A DNA stretch of 26,403 nt, from positions 1 to 26,403 of IMG/VR virus record IMGVR_UViG_3300044723_007638, one strand, 5' to 3'. The notes beneath the pieces were generated by a model. That model saw only the letters and a program-made list of their open reading frames with translations, was not told where the DNA came from and ran no database searches. Positions within the stretch are counted from its first letter, which is position 1. Every line of letters begins with the position of its first letter. Position numbers and translations under genes: made by a program. This document shows positions 23,149 through 26,403 of this stretch, piece after piece. The DNA is from a virus (taxonomy: Duplodnaviria; Caudoviricetes).

Positions 23149-25658
23149 CCGAAAAAGTCCTCCAATGATACTGCGTCCTCTTCTCGCCAGCCAATCGCTT
23201 CAAGCACAGGGCGAACTACAGCGAGGAATGCTTTGTCAAACTGAGCATCATAGTCAACATAGCGGTGTAGTTTAAATTCTTCAGGTAGATAGTCTGGGAA
23301 TGCAATCACGTTTTCACGAATAGGATTCTTGGGGTCGAGATAACAAAACTTAATCTTTTCCCCGTCTTTGATCTCAGTGTATTGCTTCTCAAGTCCGAGC
23401 TTTTTGAGTTGGTCGTTGAACAGAATAGAGCCACGCACATGGATCGGCGTGCCCTTCTTGTATAGGTTGCGTGGATCTTTCCAATCACTCACGTTTGACA
23501 CACCACGCGGAAAGGCGACCTCATGAGGAGGCAGCGACTTAAAATGAGTTTTGAACGTTTGAATTGCATTTTGAGTGGTACGTTCGTCTTCACGAAGAAT
23601 CAACTTGAATAGTTCTTTCAATGCAGTCCGACAAGAGGCTGGGGTGGATGACTTGACAGCCTCGATGCCCATGATCTTTAGTTTGGGTTCAGCATATTGC
23701 ACACCCTCACTGTTATGTACGTTCAGGATGTATCGCTTCTTGGCTGTCCAGATACCAGAGTCAGCAATTACCTCACGACCCATGACCATCTTGTTCTCGT
23801 ATGCATCCATGTACTGCGCTAGTCTGGCATATGACCGTTCCAGCAATGGCTCAAATTTCTCGGAACCAATTTGATCAAGCACTTTTACAATTTTATCTTT
23901 ATCGTCAATGCCTAGCTGGTCAACCAGTGGACCAAAGTTGATGTAAACTGAGTCAGTATCGATCGCGATAACATAATCAACATCTTCGGTCTTGAGCACT
24001 TTGTTCATGTACTCATTGACTGTTTTCTCTGCCCATCGAATCGACAGCTGACCAGACCAAGTGATCGCCTCAGCGATGCGAATGTCGTAGTATCTGAACC
24101 ACCTATTGCCCATTGCACCATAGAGAGAGTTCATCATAATTTTAATGGCCATCTGCTGGGTGTCGAGTCTTGTTATCTCTCGTTCAGTTGACGTATCACC
24201 TGCCTCCACCTTTGATTGCTGTGATAACATATCTTTCTTGATACCCTTTCGTTCAGCATACAGACCGTCAATAATAGAAGGCAATACACCACGGAAGTCT
24301 TTACGGAAGTGAACGCCATTGGCAGCGAGCGCACACTCAGGTGCAGTTGTTTCTGGTCTAGTCTGATTGAGACAGTTATCAACAGTCACACCACTCGTCC
24401 TACCCTGCACGATAGTTTCGGGCGACATATTGTACTGCATGATCAAATGAGGATACAGCGAGTTCAAGTCAAAGGACACAACCCAAGAGTGACGACCAAT
24501 GTGAGGCGCTTTTACGAAGCCACCACCGAAGTCGATCTTTTGATTTTCTTTTTTCGGAGGCACCACGATGTTGCGGCGAGTCAACTCACGATAGATGTAA
24601 GTGTCCCAGAGTTGCACAGTGCCAAATGACTCGCTGTAGTTACAGCCAGCCTTGTATCCTATGGTCATTGCTAGGTCGATCAGTCCAACCTTATCATCAA
24701 TGCGCTCAACCAACAGCACGTCTTTGATATTGTAGTCAATAAACTTTTGATAATCCTCCTTATACAACGTGAAGAGGTTGCCGTGTTCCTCATATGACAG
24801 TTTCTTTTCCCCGAGCACAACGTTAGCAATGTGGTCGAGCTTGTATGACTCCTGTACGCCATATGCATAACTAAACTTCTGGAACAGGTCATAATAGTCC
24901 AACTGCTCAATGCCGACGAGTTCAAACACCTGAAGCTGACGACCAGACGAGCCAACGATCTTTTCGCGAACCACTCGCCATGGCGACATTTTCTTGTAGC
25001 TGTCGCCACCAATGGTATTACTCAGTCTGTTTATCAGATAGGGAATATCGAAACCGCGCACGTTCCAGCCAGTCACAATATCAGGAGAGGTATCCTTACC
25101 ACTCCAGAACTCCAAGAACTTCAGAAGGAGATCTAGTTCGCCGTTACACTTGATGAAGTATATTTGTTCAGCATCAACATCGAGCTCTGTGTTTGCTGGG
25201 TTATATTTTTCCTCAAGACCCCAGACGAATATTGCAGGGTTGCCGATATATTTGAGACAGATAGATTGGACTTCATGCTTTGCTTCCTCTGGTTCGGGGA
25301 AGCCGTCATCCGAAGCAACCTCAATATCAATACAGGCAATCTTCATTTGACTGCGGTCATACTCAATTTCATTGGGGTAATTTTGATAGATGTATTGAGA
25401 AACAAAGTTGTTGTTACCGTGTACTTCAATCTGCTCAACGTTATCGTATCGCCTCATAAAATCCGTGGCTTCAGACATACTATCAAACTGCATCTCCACT
25501 ACACTTTTGCCATCAAGTGTTCGCCATGGAGACTTGGAGTCACCACTCATGAACAGAGTGGGTTTATATGAATCGCGAAACTTGACGCGCTGACCATTTT
25601 CATAGCCACGATAGCATATGCCATTTCCGACTCTAGCAACAGAAGTATAAAATTTCAT
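23145..25658 (-). CDS. 43: T4 gp43-like family B DNA polymerase
   Basis: Exonuclease motifs DIEV, TGWNVRGFD and YNIKDV; polymerase motifs SFDLNSLYPH, KIMMNSLYG, IDTDS and KKRY. Confidence 0.98.
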   Translation of the reverse strand: MKFYTSVARVGNGICYRGYENGQRVKFRDSYKPTLFMSGDSKSPWRTLDGKSVVEMQFDSMSEATDFMRRYDNVEQIEVHGNNNFVSQYIYQNYPNEIEYDRSQMKIACIDIEVASDDGFPEPEEAKHEVQSICLKYIGNPAIFVWGLEEKYNPANTELDVDAEQIYFIKCNGELDLLLKFLEFWSGKDTSPDIVTGWNVRGFDIPYLINRLSNTIGGDSYKKMSPWRVVREKIVGSSGRQLQVFELVGIEQLDYYDLFQKFSYAYGVQESYKLDHIANVVLGEKKLSYEEHGNLFTLYKEDYQKFIDYNIKDVLLVERIDDKVGLIDLAMTIGYKAGCNYSESFGTVQLWDTYIYRELTRRNIVVPPKKENQKIDFGGGFVKAPHIGRHSWVVSFDLNSLYPHLIMQYNMSPETIVQGRTSGVTVDNCLNQTRPETTAPECALAANGVHFRKDFRGVLPSIIDGLYAERKGIKKDMLSQQSKVEAGDTSTEREITRLDTQQMAIKIMMNSLYGAMGNRWFRYYDIRIAEAITWSGQLSIRWAEKTVNEYMNKVLKTEDVDYVIAIDTDSVYINFGPLVDQLGIDDKDKIVKVLDQIGSEKFEPLLERSYARLAQYMDAYENKMVMGREVIADSGIWTAKKRYILNVHNSEGVQYAEPKLKIMGIEAVKSSTPASCRTALKELFKLILREDERTTQNAIQTFKTHFKSLPPHEVAFPRGVSNVSDWKDPRNLYKKGTPIHVRGSILFNDQLKKLGLEKQYTEIKDGEKIKFCYLDPKNPIRENVIAFPDYLPEEFKLHRYVDYDAQFDKAFLAVVRPVLEAIGWREEDAVSLEDFFG

Positions 25659-26403
25659 TCAAGCTCTTCGGGGAGTTGTAATTCATCAAATCCGAGATCA
25701 TCAATTAATACAAAGTCTCTACGCCAAGGGTATGCGTTCGGGTTATCTTTGCAAGAATATGTGTCCATACTGTATCTGTGGGGTGAAGTGTTTTTACGCA
25801 ACATGAAGAAATACTGCTTAACAGCCACTGGGAAGTTTGTTCCATTGCCACTAGCAGCAGCAGTCATCGCATCTATTTCTTCTATTTTACGGCTCTCTGA
25901 TGATTTGTCAATATCCGAACGCAACTTTGTTGGCAACAAAACAAGCGAGTTATCAAATCCTTTATGGCGATGGTTGTACAGTTCCCAGAGGATTCCATAT
26001 GGACCAGACAATCTTTTGAACTTAGGAAAGTTTAATAGAAACTCACAAGCCAACTCACATAGGCGTGGACTCAAAGAGTAAAACTCCATACAGGCTCCTG
26101 GCATGAAAACATCGTATTCAAGCCAGTGTTCAAGATGACGGCGTAGCACTTTTTCATCTATCAAAGCAGCATCGTGCTCCATGATAATGAAAGGACCTTC
26201 ATTTTCTATTTCTTGCCATAATTTAAAATGCGAGTGCATGATGGCTTGATATCCAGGAGTGTCCTCAAAATCGCCACCAAAGAAACGAGGATATGTTCGT
26301 TCGCCTTTTTTCAGATAAGATGGAGTTTGTTCGCCTATCTCAAAACGAATAGGCAGAGTCTTGGGGGTTGTGCACTGTACAGGTTCAATTGATAGGATAT
26401 CGG
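25655..26403 (-). CDS. Glycosyltransferase family 25-like (5' end outside the window)
   Basis: The frame stays open upstream of the track start (...GYQAIMHSHFKLWQEI..FIIMEHDA), matching the GT25 SHxxLW...ILEDD signature. Confidence 0.7.
   Translation of the reverse strand, partial: DILSIEPVQCTTPKTLPIRFEIGEQTPSYLKKGERTYPRFFGGDFEDTPGYQAIMHSHFKLWQEIENEGPFIIMEHDAALIDEKVLRRHLEHWLEYDVFMPGACMEFYSLSPRLCELACEFLLNFPKFKRLSGPYGILWELYNHRHKGFDNSLVLLPTKLRSDIDKSSESRKIEEIDAMTAAASGNGTNFPVAVKQYFFMLRKNTSPHRYSMDTYSCKDNPNAYPWRRDFVLIDDLGFDELQLPEELE

Noticed and set aside
17547-25658. Introns, inteins or a split polymerase in gene 41, uvsX or gene 43
   Set aside because: All three are uninterrupted and of ordinary length.
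378-26081. Most plus-strand and nested ORFs in the six-frame track (e.g. 2460-2993, 19774-20151, 25164-25571, 19343-19639)
   Set aside because: They are antisense or alternate-frame shadows of well-supported genes and have no recognisable motifs.
1-26403. Alternative genetic code or stop-codon readthrough
   Set aside because: Core genes translate full-length in the standard code, TAA, TAG and TGA all serve as stops, and the only tRNA is not a suppressor.

Overview
A 26.4-kb piece of a large T4-like myophage genome, probably marine with a heterotrophic proteobacterial host (inferred; no photosynthesis genes in this window). Almost all genes are on the minus strand. The right third is the replication module: gp43 family-B DNA polymerase, a primase-like protein, dCMP deaminase, Ugd, UvsX, a gp40-like protein and gp41 helicase. 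The left two-thirds are accessory genes: SleB-type cell-wall hydrolase, an overlapping GT-B/JmjC/HAD/2OG-Fe(II)/radical SAM-SPASM operon, SDR, alternative oxidase (AOX), a late PD-(D/E)XK-like protein, an inverted sulfotransferase, an atypical tRNA-Gly, PsiE and many small ORFs missed by the ORF track. Three non-coding signals stand out. (1) Three covarying copies of a ~27-nt pseudoknot-capable RNA element flank a 75-aa gene (8011-8369), back to back with a late-promoter-driven 30-aa hydrophobic peptide gene. (2) Seven co-oriented AGGAGTCCC motifs (12474-13591) lie next to a non-coding segment with a sharp C-to-G skew flip (candidate origin, ~14700-15190). (3) Three conserved TTGTTT-N17-CATAAT early promoters. 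All calls come from reading motifs by eye; no database searches were run.
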